Part shown: positions 13,780 to 28,660 of the stretch, in pieces | Position numbering within the stretch: the first letter of the stretch is position 1 | Layout: each line of letters begins with the position of its first letter | DNA from: Podarcis erhardii | Lineage: Eukaryota | Direction: 5' to 3' (one strand) | Assembly (NCBI GenBank): GCA_964252035.1 | Contig: OZ176200.1 | DNA length: 64,000 nucleotides | Made by a program: the position numbers and the translations under genes | Notes under the pieces: generated by a model | The model's database searches: none | The model's input: only the letters and a program-made list of their open reading frames with translations | Told to the model about the DNA's origin: nothing

Positions 13780-14663
13780 CATACCCTCCAGCATTTCTCC
13801 GATGAAAATAAGGAAGTCCCATTCCATAATGATAATTTTACTATTTATACCCCACACATCTCACTGGGTTGTCCCAGCCACTCTGGGCAGCTTCCAACAT
13901 ATATAAAAACATAATTAAACATTTAAAAAAACCCACTTCCCTATACAGCAGGGATGTCCAACTCCCAAGAGATTGCAATCTACTCCTGGGATAAAAAAAG
14001 TGGCAGTGATCTACCCATTTTTTGGGTGGGAGATCCGAAGTTGTTGATCTTTTTTTAGGGGGGCAGGCCAAAGTTGCTTTTTTTAAAAAGGAGGAGCAAC
14101 ACATAGTTTTCCTGCTTTTGGGGGGGGCACACCATAAATCACTCACAAACCAATAGACACTCCGCAGCTCTCACCCATGACACAGCTTCGCAGGGAAGCA
14201 GGGGACGGATGCCAAGAACAATCTAACGATGGCCAATGCCATGGGTAGACCTGCACTGCTGGAGATCCAAGAAGCCTCCTAATGGAGTGAACTTGCAGCA
14301 GCAAGTTCCTAAATACCAATTTACCAGGGTGCCAGTGGCCTAGCAACGACCGACTCACACCAGGTCAGGACGGCACGCACACAGATGCTCTCTTTCCACC
14401 GTGAGCCAGCAATCCACCGCGATCTATCACAATCACCTGGGGGTCGACCTGTTGATCGCCGTTGACTGGTTGGACATCCCTGCTATACAGGATTGCCTTC
14501 AGACGGCTTGGGGGGTAAGATAACTCCATACCCTCCAACATTTCTCCAATGAAAATAGGGACATCCTAAGGAAAAGTAGGACATTCTGGAATCAAATCAG
14601 AAATTGGGGCAGCTTCTCTAAATCAGGGACGTCCTTGGAAAATAGGGACACTTGGAGGGTCTG
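13780..14663 (-). mobile_element. Composite TIR element (family E) carrying an L2-type tail, interrupted by the 534-bp hAT
   Basis: Termini cataccctcca / tggagggtctg, reverse-complement colinear with 17577-17958. Confidence 0.7.
13949..14482. mobile_element. Non-autonomous hAT element, 534 bp
   Basis: TIRs cagggatgtccaac / gttggacatccctg, perfect 8-bp TSD ctatacag (13941-48, 14483-90). Confidence 0.9.
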
Positions 14664-14675
14664 TTGTAAGCAGTA

Positions 14676-14917
14676 CAGTGGTACCTTGGGTTACATACGC
14701 TTCAGGTTACATATGCTTCAGGGTACAGACTCCACTAACCCAGAAATATTACCTCAGGTTGAGAACTTTGCTTCAGGATGAGAACAGAACTAGTGCTCCG
14801 ACGGCGTGGCAGCAGCGGGAGGCCCCATTAGCTAAAGTGGTGCTTCAGGTTAAGAACAGTTTCAGGTTAAGAACGGACCTCTGGAACGAATTAAGTACTT
14901 AACCCGAGGTACCACCG
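14676..14917 (-). mobile_element. Tigger-like MITE family C
   Basis: cagtggtacc.. TIRs, TA target duplication. Reverse orientation to 21876. Confidence 0.88.
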
Positions 14918-15388
14918 TATATGCTTTAGTTTGATTTGTGTCTTCTTTCTGCAACAAGAAGCAAAAACGCAGAGGAGAGGACTGCAGGGGGTCTCTCTAC
15001 CACATGTAGAGACTCCCTAGGTTTTGCAGGGAAAACAGGGGTGTCAAAACTACCTCCTGCCTCACATCCAAAACCATCCAAGGCTGATGGCTGGATGTGC
15101 ATGCCGCCCTCATGCTGCCAGGAAGGGAACCATGGCAGCGGAGAGATGCACAGGCAGAAGCTGTCAGCCAGCTGGCACTGGAAGTTAGGCTGAAGGAAAG
15201 CAATGAAGCAGACAAGCACTTGCTTCCCTCTAGCTTGGGGCCTAATGGGGAAAAAAGGACCTGGCTGTGGAAAATAAACAGCTTCCTATCTTGCAAGCCT
15301 AAATTCCCACCCAAACAGACCCTTTAATGTTCATCAATGTTTTCAGACCTGGAACCCAACTGTAATTCAAACATACATTTGGGGGCCC

Positions 15389-15391
<3 letters not shown>

Positions 15392-15445
<54 letters not shown>

Positions 15446-15473
15446 TGTGTGTTGTGTGTGTGTGTGTGTGTGT
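15392..15473. repeat. Compound (CT)n(GT)n microsatellite
   Basis: Direct inspection. Confidence 0.97.
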
Positions 15474-15723
15474 ACCATATATTTGAATGGTGGTAGTGCT
15501 GCTGTTTTGACCCACCTTAGCTCAGGCCACAACCCTGTACCGGCTCGCAACACACCTGCCGGAGACCAATGCATTAAGCTGTGAAATGAGGCCTGCCATT
15601 TTAGAGTTTAAAGGTTCATGGGGGGTGTGGTGAGGTGCAGTGGGGGTGGGGAAATTGGTCATGGAGGGCATGCTTGAAGATTCACATTCAGAACAACCTG
15701 TCAATAATGATGTCAGTTGATTG

Positions 15724-16108
15724 GCAAGATGCGAGTGGTGATGTGGTCTAAACCACTGAGCCTCTTAGGCTTGCTGATTGGAAGGTCAGCAGTTCAAATC
15801 TGCATGACAGAGTCAGCTCCTGTTGCTCTGTCCCAGCTTCTGCCAACCTAGCAGTTTGAAAGCACACTAGTGCAAGTAGATAAATAGGTGCTGCTGCGAC
15901 GGGAAGGTAAATGGCACTTCTGTGTTCTCTGGCACTTGTCACAGTGTCCCTTTCTGCCAGAAATGGTTTCGTCATGCTGGCCATATGACCCAGAAAACTC
16001 TCTGTGGACAAACACTGACTCCCTTGGCCTGAAAAGCAAGATGAGCACTGCACCCCATAGATGCTTTTGATAATAATAACTGTTCAGGGGTCCTTTACCT
16101 TTACCTTT
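15724..16108 (+). mobile_element. Sauria-type SINE (tRNA head, BovB-related tail), diverged
   Basis: Colinear with the reverse complement of 43760-44108, (ccttta) tail. Confidence 0.85.
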
Positions 16109-17576
16109 TTACCAGTTGATTGGCAGGTGTGTTGTTCTGGTCACCTGACAAAGTTGGCCCATGATCTGGCCCACCCTACCCAAAAGGTTCCTGAAAGTTT
16201 TCACAATGCCCCAAGGCCTTCTGAGGAACAAAAGAGAGCCTTTGGCTCTGATGGATTCTGAGTAACTCACCACTCCTATATTCTCTGCCCATTCCCATAA
16301 GCAGTGGCAAGATTAAAAAAAAATGGCAAAAGGCTAAACACATGCTATATGTACAGAAGAATATGAGAAAATAAGAAGAGCCTTGCTGAGTCAGGCCAAA
16401 GGTCTATTGAATCCAGCATGCCATTCTCCCCGTGGCCTCGGGGAATCCCACAAACAGGAACTGAATGCAACAGCACTCCTCCCAGAAACTGGTATTCAGA
16501 GACATCCCTGAAATTGTAGTCAGTGTTTCAGATGGAAATCAGATTAAAATCTGAGGTTTCCCCTCACCCCCAACTGCTTAACCTGATCCAGGAAGCAATT
16601 TCATGGGCGTCAACTGTGCAAAAGTTCTACCAACCATGCCAATCCCGCTTTGTCAATACACCTTCTATTTTTAGCAAATATAGACTAATATAAACAGTTA
16701 GCCTTTTCAGATCTTGGTGTGGGAAAAGGCACACTGCTTGGGGAGTGTTCTCAAAGCCTTGGAAGTAATTGCTATAGTTAGCTCTTGAGCTTTCCTCCTA
16801 GATGAATGGTATTGCCATTCATAACAACCAAAAGGAACTTTAATGTAATGCATGACAATGACAGTGCATTCTAACAAAGTACTAATGTGGTGACACACAC
16901 AATAATGCCATTTGTTCAAGGTCTCACCATGAGTTTCTTATTTTGGAGCGCCTCAGGTGGCAAACCTATTCGCCTTTCAGCCCTTGTTCAATTGTTTGAA
17001 AGTTGGTTGATTGAAAAATTAAAAATAAAGTAACTAATATCTGATCAGTGAGTGCCCTCTAGTGATGAAAAATATTTAAATCCTCTGCCTATAGATTGGA
17101 AATCCCCTATGACATCTGCCTGTTTACAGTTTCTAAGCACCGCCCTTTAAACCCAAATGTGAAATCTTATCTGGATCTGACTCAGTGTAAAATCTGTGTT
17201 TCTTCCTCCAGAATTAACCACAATGCAAGCTGGGCTGAGCAATCCTATATTCATATTAACCCAGCACAGGAGATATGCCACCACTGCACAGGTAGAACGG
17301 CCGCTATATCCAATCCATGCTCAGACCAGGGCAACAGGATAACACCCTAGCAGAAAATGCTGTAGCCAGTCAGGAACTATACTGGCAATAATGCCCACAA
17401 GCTGCCTATGCAGGGACAGACAATGAACTCATGACAATCAGAACATAGCATGACTAGTGGCTGTTGCATGTGCTGAGGTGCTGGTGTCTGTCAGGGCTGG
17501 TTCAGCATGAAGACTCAGGGATGAATAATAAAGGTAATTCTTTATTCAAGGCAATAGAACACACACAAACTTACGG

Positions 17577-17958
17577 CAGACCCTCCAAGTGTCTCTATTT
17601 TGCAGGGACATTCCCAGATTTACAGAAGCCATCCCAATTTCTGATTTGATCCTGAAATGTCCCGCTTTTCCTTAGAATGTCCGTATTCTCATCCGAGAAA
17701 TATTGGAGGGTATGGTAGGATTTTCATCAGAAAAATGTTGGAGAGTAAGGAGTTATCTGACCCCAAGCCACCTGAAGGCAGCCCTGTATAGGAAAGGTTT
17801 TTATAAAATGTTTAATATGTAATTTTTATTATTATTATTTTTATATATGTTGGAAGCCACCCAGAGTGGCTGGGCAACCCAGTCATATGGGTGGGATATA
17901 AAAAGTAAAATTATGATTATGATGGACATCCCTATTTGGAGGGATGTTGGAGGGTATG
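17577..17958 (+). mobile_element. Composite TIR element (family E)
   Basis: cagaccctcca ... tggagggtatg. A core-only relative lies near 40407-40520. Confidence 0.7.
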
Positions 17959-18173
17959 CTAGGGTATGACTGGCCCTGGTAAAGACATTCACAGAACTAG
18001 AGCACAGAACTAGAGTTCTGGATCTCCCACTTCCTGCTAAGCCTCCTCCCCACCCGTGTGTCTTCCCAGCAGTCTTAAACTCCGCTGGAGAGGGGCCCTC
18101 TGAGCTCCCTGCTCTGTAACATGCAACACCCTCTGAGTCCTCCTCAGAGACAAGCGGGGAGGAGAGCTAAATA

Positions 18174-18476
18174 CAGTGGTGCCCCGCAAGACGAATGCCT
18201 CGCAAGACGAAAAACCCGCTAGACGAAAGGGTTTTCCGTTTTTCGAGGCGCTGCGCAAGACGAATTTCCCTATGGGCTTGCTTCGCAAGACGAAAACGTC
18301 TTGCAAGTCTTGCGAGTTTTTTCCCCTTTTTCTAAGCCGCTAAGCCGCTAATAGCCGCTAAGCCGCTAATACCACTAATCCGCTAAGCCGCTAATAGGGA
18401 TGCTTCGCAAGATGAAAAAACCACTAGATGAAGAGACTCGCGGAACAGATTATTTTCATCTTGCGAGGCACCACTG
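18174..18476. mobile_element. Tigger-like MITE family D
   Basis: TA-cagtggtgccccgcaag ... cttgcgaggcaccactg-TA, internal cgcaagacg and ccgcta repeats. Confidence 0.85.
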
Positions 18477-19756
18477 TACAGTAGGACCTGCCTGCTCCTG
18501 TGAATCTGTCTCAGCTTCAGCCCCCACCTCCTCCTCAGCTTCCTATTCTATGTCTGCAGTGTTTTCCTTCTCTCTCTCTCTCTCAAGCCTGTTTCTTGTT
18601 CAGCATCCCCCCATTCCTCCTCTGTCTTCATTGTCCCACTACCACTCTCCCAGCTCAGAGCTCTTCTCTTCTGAGGCTTCCCTGGGGTCTTCGGGCTGGA
18701 GCTCCCCACCATTCCTCACCATTCAGCCAGTCCCTGACAGTGTCCTCATCACCCTGAGTTCATAGGCTCTTTCTCTATAGACAACATATGAGCATTATCA
18801 TCAGTTGAGTCCATGGTGGGTTGCCACTAGTGGTGTATCGTGGGTTGCCAGGGGCATGTCTGCCCCTTTTATACCATTTTTGTATTTTCTGGTTGTGTAC
18901 TTTGCCCTTCCTTCCTATGATAAGCTTATCCAGGATATTGTGGCCATTCAGCCAACAGCACTATCTTCTCTCAAAGCATAATTATAGTTATGAGTTGCTC
19001 TGCAAATTACTTCCTTCCTGTCAACATTGAACGTGAGCTTTCAGAGTAGCTTTTATTGTTGTCTAATCCAAGAATGGGGAATGTGTGGCCCTCCAGCTCC
19101 TAAACTGTGACACTCCTTTCTTCACATGGCAACTATATTTTCTGTGCTCTATGATTTTACACACTGCTGCAGAAACTGTCAGTTTCAATTTGAACTGTAA
19201 AGTCTTTCACTTCCAGCCATTTTTGAAATTATGTTAATAAGGCAGATGTTTCTGTTTGTTTACTTTGCCTTGTAATTAGAAGAGAACGCTTTAAAAGTAT
19301 GTGTCAAGACAACATTTTTTTCTGTTGGTATAAACTATATTCTCTGTGTTCAGGGGTTTGCTGTGGGGCTGTTTTTGTTTTTTTGGTCTGGTTAACCCAC
19401 ATATAGCAATTGAAAGGACCCAGGAAAGAGGAAATCTCCAATTAACATCAATGCAAACCTTAATGCATGCTAATTTCAAGGGCAGCTCATTTAAACCACA
19501 GTCAGCTGATTTCTGTATTTCTACAGGATTAACTCTTCAACATCTGGCACCGAGGCTTGTTCCAAACATTATTATAGTTCAAAAGCTTTTCTTCTAGCAA
19601 TCTCCAATGCTGGCAACGATCCCAGATATGTGGAATGAAAATGAAGCATCGATGTGGTATACGCATGCGTGTGCACACAGACAAGCATGACAGCCAAAGT
19701 AAGTGATCCCACAAACCATCCTACACAAACCACGCTGGAGCTAATAGATTCTATGC

Positions 19757-19892
19757 CAGGCTTCCTCAGCCTCGGCCCTCCAGATGTTTTTGGCCTACAA
19801 CTCCCATGATCCCTAGCTAGCAGGACCAGTGGTCAGGGATGATGGGAACTGTAGTCTCAAAACATCTGGAGGGCCGAAGTTGAGGAAGCCTG
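19757..19892. mobile_element. 136-bp hairpin hAT MITE (family B)
   Basis: Long TIRs caggcttcctca..., perfect TSD ttctatgc. Confidence 0.9.
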
Positions 19893-20068
19893 TTCTATGC
19901 AAATGCTGACAAGTCAAAATTAACTTTCTTGTGACTTTAAAATATCTAACATTTCAGGAAAAGATTAGATTTCGGAAGCTTCCCCATGGCAAGCTCAGTA
20001 TGTGCCTCTTGTTCTTAGCATGTGAATGACAAAATCAGCAGCAGGCAATTTTGTTTTATCCTTTAATT

Positions 20069-20749
20069 CCGTGGTTCCCAATTAGCTAAATACTGAGGAC
20101 CCTCAATTTTTCAAAAGCCAATCCACAGACCCCCTACCTTTGAAAATTTTGATAACTCTATGGTGGTTACCTGTGCAAAGCAATTTTTTTGAAAAAAAGT
20201 GGGGTAGCCCCTAATGAGCAAAGGATTTTAGGCATGCTAAAAAACAGACTAGGGCTGAGTGATATATCATGATGTTGGAAAACAGATATCAGCAGCTAAA
20301 CATTGCGATATTCCGATATATCACGATGTCTTAAATTTGAGATCAGGTGTGGGGATGAGGGAAGAAGTAGCCTCAGAGATCGAAGGTAGTGCCATGGAGT
20401 CTTGAAGTGAGGGTAATCAGCTCTGTTTTCCCTCAGCTTGAAGGAAGGCAGCTCAGATCAGCAGCGTTTATCAGCCGAGATCGGAGGTGCCTTGAAATCA
20501 GCTGCCCTGCTCTACCTCACACAAGGAGCAATATATTGCCGCATATTGCCAGGTCAAAATCGTTATCAAGTGTGATTTAAAAAGCGAGTTTGGTCAATAT
20601 ATTGAAAAAATTGCACAGTGCTGAAACAAGACCATTGAATCTGTGATGTTACCATGCAAAAATGACAAAAAAATTAGTTGTGGGGAGGCAAGGGATGGGG
20701 CCACAGACCCCCTGGGTGTGTTCTCCGGACCCCTAATTGGGAACCACTG
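20069..20749. mobile_element. hAT element with a nested second DNA element at about 20250-20623
   Basis: TIRs ccgtggttcccaatta / taattgggaaccactg, TSD ctttaatt/ctttaact. The inner element starts tagggctgagtgata. Confidence 0.7.
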
Positions 20750-21875
20750 CTTTAACTAACAGCCAGATCCTACTTATGTTTCCTTGAAAGTGCAGCTGTG
20801 CTCACCGAGACTTATTCATAGTATATATGCTTAGGATTTCATCATGTGTGAATGAAGAGAGCTGGGGATAAGAACACAAGAACCGCCTGCTGGAACAGGC
20901 CAATAGCCCATCTAATCTAGCATGCTGTTCTCACAGGGGCCAACCAGATACATTTCACTCATCTCAAGGAGACACATGGCCAGTTCCCTAATTGGAACCA
21001 CATTTTTCGGCTCCGATGTTATGGGGCCCATCATCAGACCCAAGGTCCTGAAAAGTTGTTGGACTCCAACTCCCATCAGCCCCAGGCAGTACGACCGATG
21101 GTCAGGGATGTCAGGACTTCTTTCCCAACAAAATCTGGAGGGCCAAAGCTTTCCCAATGCTGTTTCATATTGCATTTTAATTGTTATATGTGTTTTGCAG
21201 GCTGCCCAGAGAACTTATGTTATGGGGCAGTTATGTAGATCCAGTTGAGAACAAGAAATAAATCTTAGCATCCATTTGCAACATCAAAATGGCTCAAAGT
21301 TGCGTTGCCCAAACTTGTGTTGCCCAGGCGTTTCTGGCAGCACAGAGAGTGGGCATGTTGCAGGGCAGATCTTCATGAAGCCAAGGGCAGCCTGTGTATG
21401 TAGGAAATATCATGCTCAATATTTCTCTGATCAGTTTGAGGTTATTATTGAATGTTCTCTACTGCATCCTGTAACAATAAAACCCAGACTGTTTTATTGC
21501 CTGCGAGTCGGATCAGAGGGGAGATACTGTTGCTTTATGTTCGGAGCACCATCAACTTTTGCACCTTCTCTCACGAACCTTGCAAGAATAGAGGAAACTG
21601 CACAGAGCAAGCAGGTTAACCACTCCTTGGAGGAACAGCTGGGTGCACCCAGGTGACTGTTGCTGGGCCACTCTTCACGTTATCACAGAACAAGTGGTGG
21701 GATGGATCCTGTACCTGGGGGAGAGCAGTCTATGATGAGCAGAGACAGACTCACAGAGAGCGATGAGCAATAGTCAGCAGCTGGAGCAGATGGTTCCTGG
21801 ACTTAGAAACATAGAAGGTGTTGTGAGGAGGTGAGAGGGAAGAGGGAATGGTACCAAATGGGTGCTCTGTCAGTA

Positions 21876-22117
21876 CAGTGGTACCTCGGGTTAAGTACTT
21901 AATTCGTTCCGGAGGTCCGTTTTTAACCTGAAACTGTTCTTAACCTGAAGCGCTACTTTAGCTAATGGGGCCTCCTGCTGCTGCCGCGCCGCCAGAGCAT
22001 GATTTCTGTTCTCATCTTGAAGCAAAGTTATTAACCTGAAGCACTATTTCTCGGTTAGCGGAGTCTGTAACCTGAAGCGTATGTAACCTGAAGCGTATGT
22101 AACCCGAGGTACCACCG
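21876..22117 (+). mobile_element. Tigger-like MITE family C
   Basis: TA TSD, TIRs, same body as the other copies. Confidence 0.88.
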
Positions 22118-23289
22118 TACCACTATTGGGGCTTGGGGAGAAATAATAGAAACTGTGATTATAGTCCTCCTCCCCCCGCCCCCGTTGGGGTTGTAGTGAA
22201 ACTGTGTGCAAAGTGGTTGTCTGTTTTGTGCATTCAAGCTGTGAGCAGAGGCAGATATAGGGGAGAGCAACCAGTTAGCCTGCACTGGGCACAGAGCCAA
22301 AAGGGTCTCGCAGGGACCCTTGTTGTTTGCCAGCAACAATGGCAAACAAAGCAAGAGGCGGGGAAGGGGGAGTGAACTGAATTTTGGTGTTGCACCAAAT
22401 TTTAAAGCCCAAAGTTGTCCACTGCTGTGAGATGCTTACCTGCATTTATCCAGTTGTGACATTGGTTAGAGTGTCCTTTGCCAACAGAGGGAGCCTGTTG
22501 GGAGCAAATGTTGCAGCAATATGGTCAAACAAGATGTAGTCTTGCTGTATGTAGGAGAATGGAGAAAGGGAGTGAGACATGAGAACAACAGTTATATATT
22601 CCAGCATGTTTGCCCCTTCCCTTGCTTAATTGTATGGGGTGGCCTATCCTAGAACCCCCAGTTGCTTGAATTGAGTTTTGTATTGGGTATTTGGGGTTTC
22701 ACACACAACCATCCCTTTGTGTGCAAAGTGACCTTTCTCACTTTTCCCCATCACCAAGTCCCCCCGCTCCCTGCACAAATTCTAAGTGTGCACAGCACCA
22801 GGCCACAAAGATATAGTCCGCGTGCTACATGCCCCATCATCTGAGCTGTGGTCTCCCCACCCCTGCCATCATCTGCAATGTGGAGATAGTGCTGCTGGCC
22901 AACCTTACAAAGCTGTTGTAAGGATTATGGAGATACCATGTATGAAGGTTTTCACAAAAGGGATTTTTCACATTTATTTATTTTAATAGCTTTTCTCCAA
23001 GAAAGGTCCTCAAAGTGCATGGCTACAAATAAGACAGTCCCTGTCCCTGCGTACAGGACACAAAAGGAAAACAGATTGGGAGGGAGGAGGAAATAAACAA
23101 ACTCAGGTATAAGTTCTTACCTACTAAAATCCTAGTGATGTCCAACCTTAGTCATACTCAGAGACCCACTGTTGGCTATCACTCGCATTGAGCTGTAGAG
23201 GCAGGGTGAGGGTTATTCAAAAGGCACATGGGGAAATACAGTACTGCAAGGGCAAGAAAACTCGCAGTAGGCTCCATCCCCTCCTCTCT

Positions 23290-27040
<3,751 letters not shown>

Positions 27041-28376
27041 ACAGTCTTTTTTCTATTTCAGTTAAGTGGCAAAACCTTTTTTTAAAACCTTATTTATTGT
27101 TTCAGGGGAGCACAGAAACTTTGGCAGCTACTTCACAGAACTTTTTCAAACTGCATTTGTTCAGACACCTGTTTCTGCCATTCCTGCAGAGGAAAAGGTA
27201 TATCTTACCCTTCACTGAAGAAAATGTTGTTTACAAGGCTCAAAACAGGGACAAATAAATTTTCTACAACCTAGTGCTGCAGTAAAAGCTCCTCAGAATA
27301 TCACAGGCCATTTCAATTCCTTCTGAAGAAATTACCAAACAAGCAGTTACTTCCTTTTTTTATACACCTCACACTTAATTTGGACGCCATTCGCTTTGGA
27401 TCAGGCTGCAGCATTTGCATGCTGGGACTTGCGCTCCCTTTAATATATAAAGACGAGTGTATTTTACAGTGTTTTGGCTCATATGGTGCACTTTATCCAT
27501 GCTCTTGGAATGGAAACACTGGAGCTTGTAATGGACATTTCTAGACAAAAAAAATGCAAGTAAAATTCTGATTAGGCCTGATCTATGGCATTAAGCAATA
27601 TGCAGAAACTCTGGTGCAAATAAAACTATAAACATATGGGAGGTGTTTTAAAGCTCCTTTCATTAACTTTTTGCTGAGAGTTATTGGGTGGCATCCAGCT
27701 GTGTCCATTGCTGAAGGAAGGGATCCTCAGTGGAACAGGAAAGGGAGGCAATTTTCAGCAGTTCCTCCCAACTCATGCAGCCTCCCATGGTTCCTCTAGA
27801 GCTGAAGCTGTAGTAGGAATCACAAAAAAATGCTTGCCCCCCTCATTCTGCTGCTGAATGCCTTCCATCAATGGGTAGACACCAATGGATGCCACCCACT
27901 TTTTACAAGAAACGTAGTAGAAAGAACAGGCAAATGTTGCAAATATTGACCTGTAGGAATAATTGCACCAAAAGTGTTTAAAACCACCTTGAAACTCGGT
28001 TATCTTGTTGCATTCCAGGTACCGTATGTTCCTGTAGTACCATACCTAGATTATTGGATAAAACCCGTTTAGACCAATGTGCCCAATATAAGAAGAAAGT
28101 ATCGTGCCTGATCAGAGAGCTGTATGGTGAAAGTAAAATCTCCACTTATCTAAAACATTAATAGCAGCTAAATGTATACACAAGTGGAACTAGCTGCAGG
28201 CGAAAGCTTATGAACCACCTACATATTGGATGGTAATTTAATTCCTTCACAGTATGAAATAAGGTCTAGTCAAATTATTTCAGTTGTTTGTCAAGTGAGG
28301 CTAATAATGGTGTATGGAGACATATCTTGTAACCAAATGAGTTTTGTAAAATATCTGCTCAGCATGGGATCATATC

Positions 28377-28660
28377 AGCCTGGATAGCTCAGTTGGTTAG
28401 AGTGTGGTGCTGATTATGCCAAGGTTGCAGGTTCAATCTCCTTATGGGACAGCTCCTGAATTGCAGGGGGCTGGACTAGATCAGTGGTGGCCAAACCTGG
28501 CCCTCCAGCTGTTTTGGGACTACAGTTCCCATCACCCCTGACCACTGGCCCTGTTAGCTAAGGATGATGAGGGTTGTAGTCCTAAAACAGCTGGAGGGCC
28601 AAGTTTGGCCACGCCTGGACTAGATGATCCTCAGGGTCCCTTCCAAGTCTCTGATTCTAA
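28377..28660 (+). mobile_element. tRNA-Ile-derived SINE with CR1-type 3' tail, split by an hAT MITE
   Basis: Head resembles vertebrate tRNA-Ile (TAGCTCAGTTGGTTAGAG..GGTTCAATC). Tail ttgcagggg..ggactagatgatcc..gggtcccttcc matches CR1 ends in this window. Confidence 0.85.
28482..28617. mobile_element. 136-bp hAT MITE (family B) inserted in a SINE
   Basis: TIRs and perfect TSD gactagat (28474-81, 28618-25). Confidence 0.9.

Noticed and set aside
17968-19027. Solo LTR around the family D MITE
   Set aside because: LTR-like tgtcaaca end, but no matching start or TSD found.
28377-28450. tRNA-Ile gene
   Set aside because: Stems are mismatched, there is no oligo-T terminator, and it runs directly into a CR1-type tail, so it is a SINE head.
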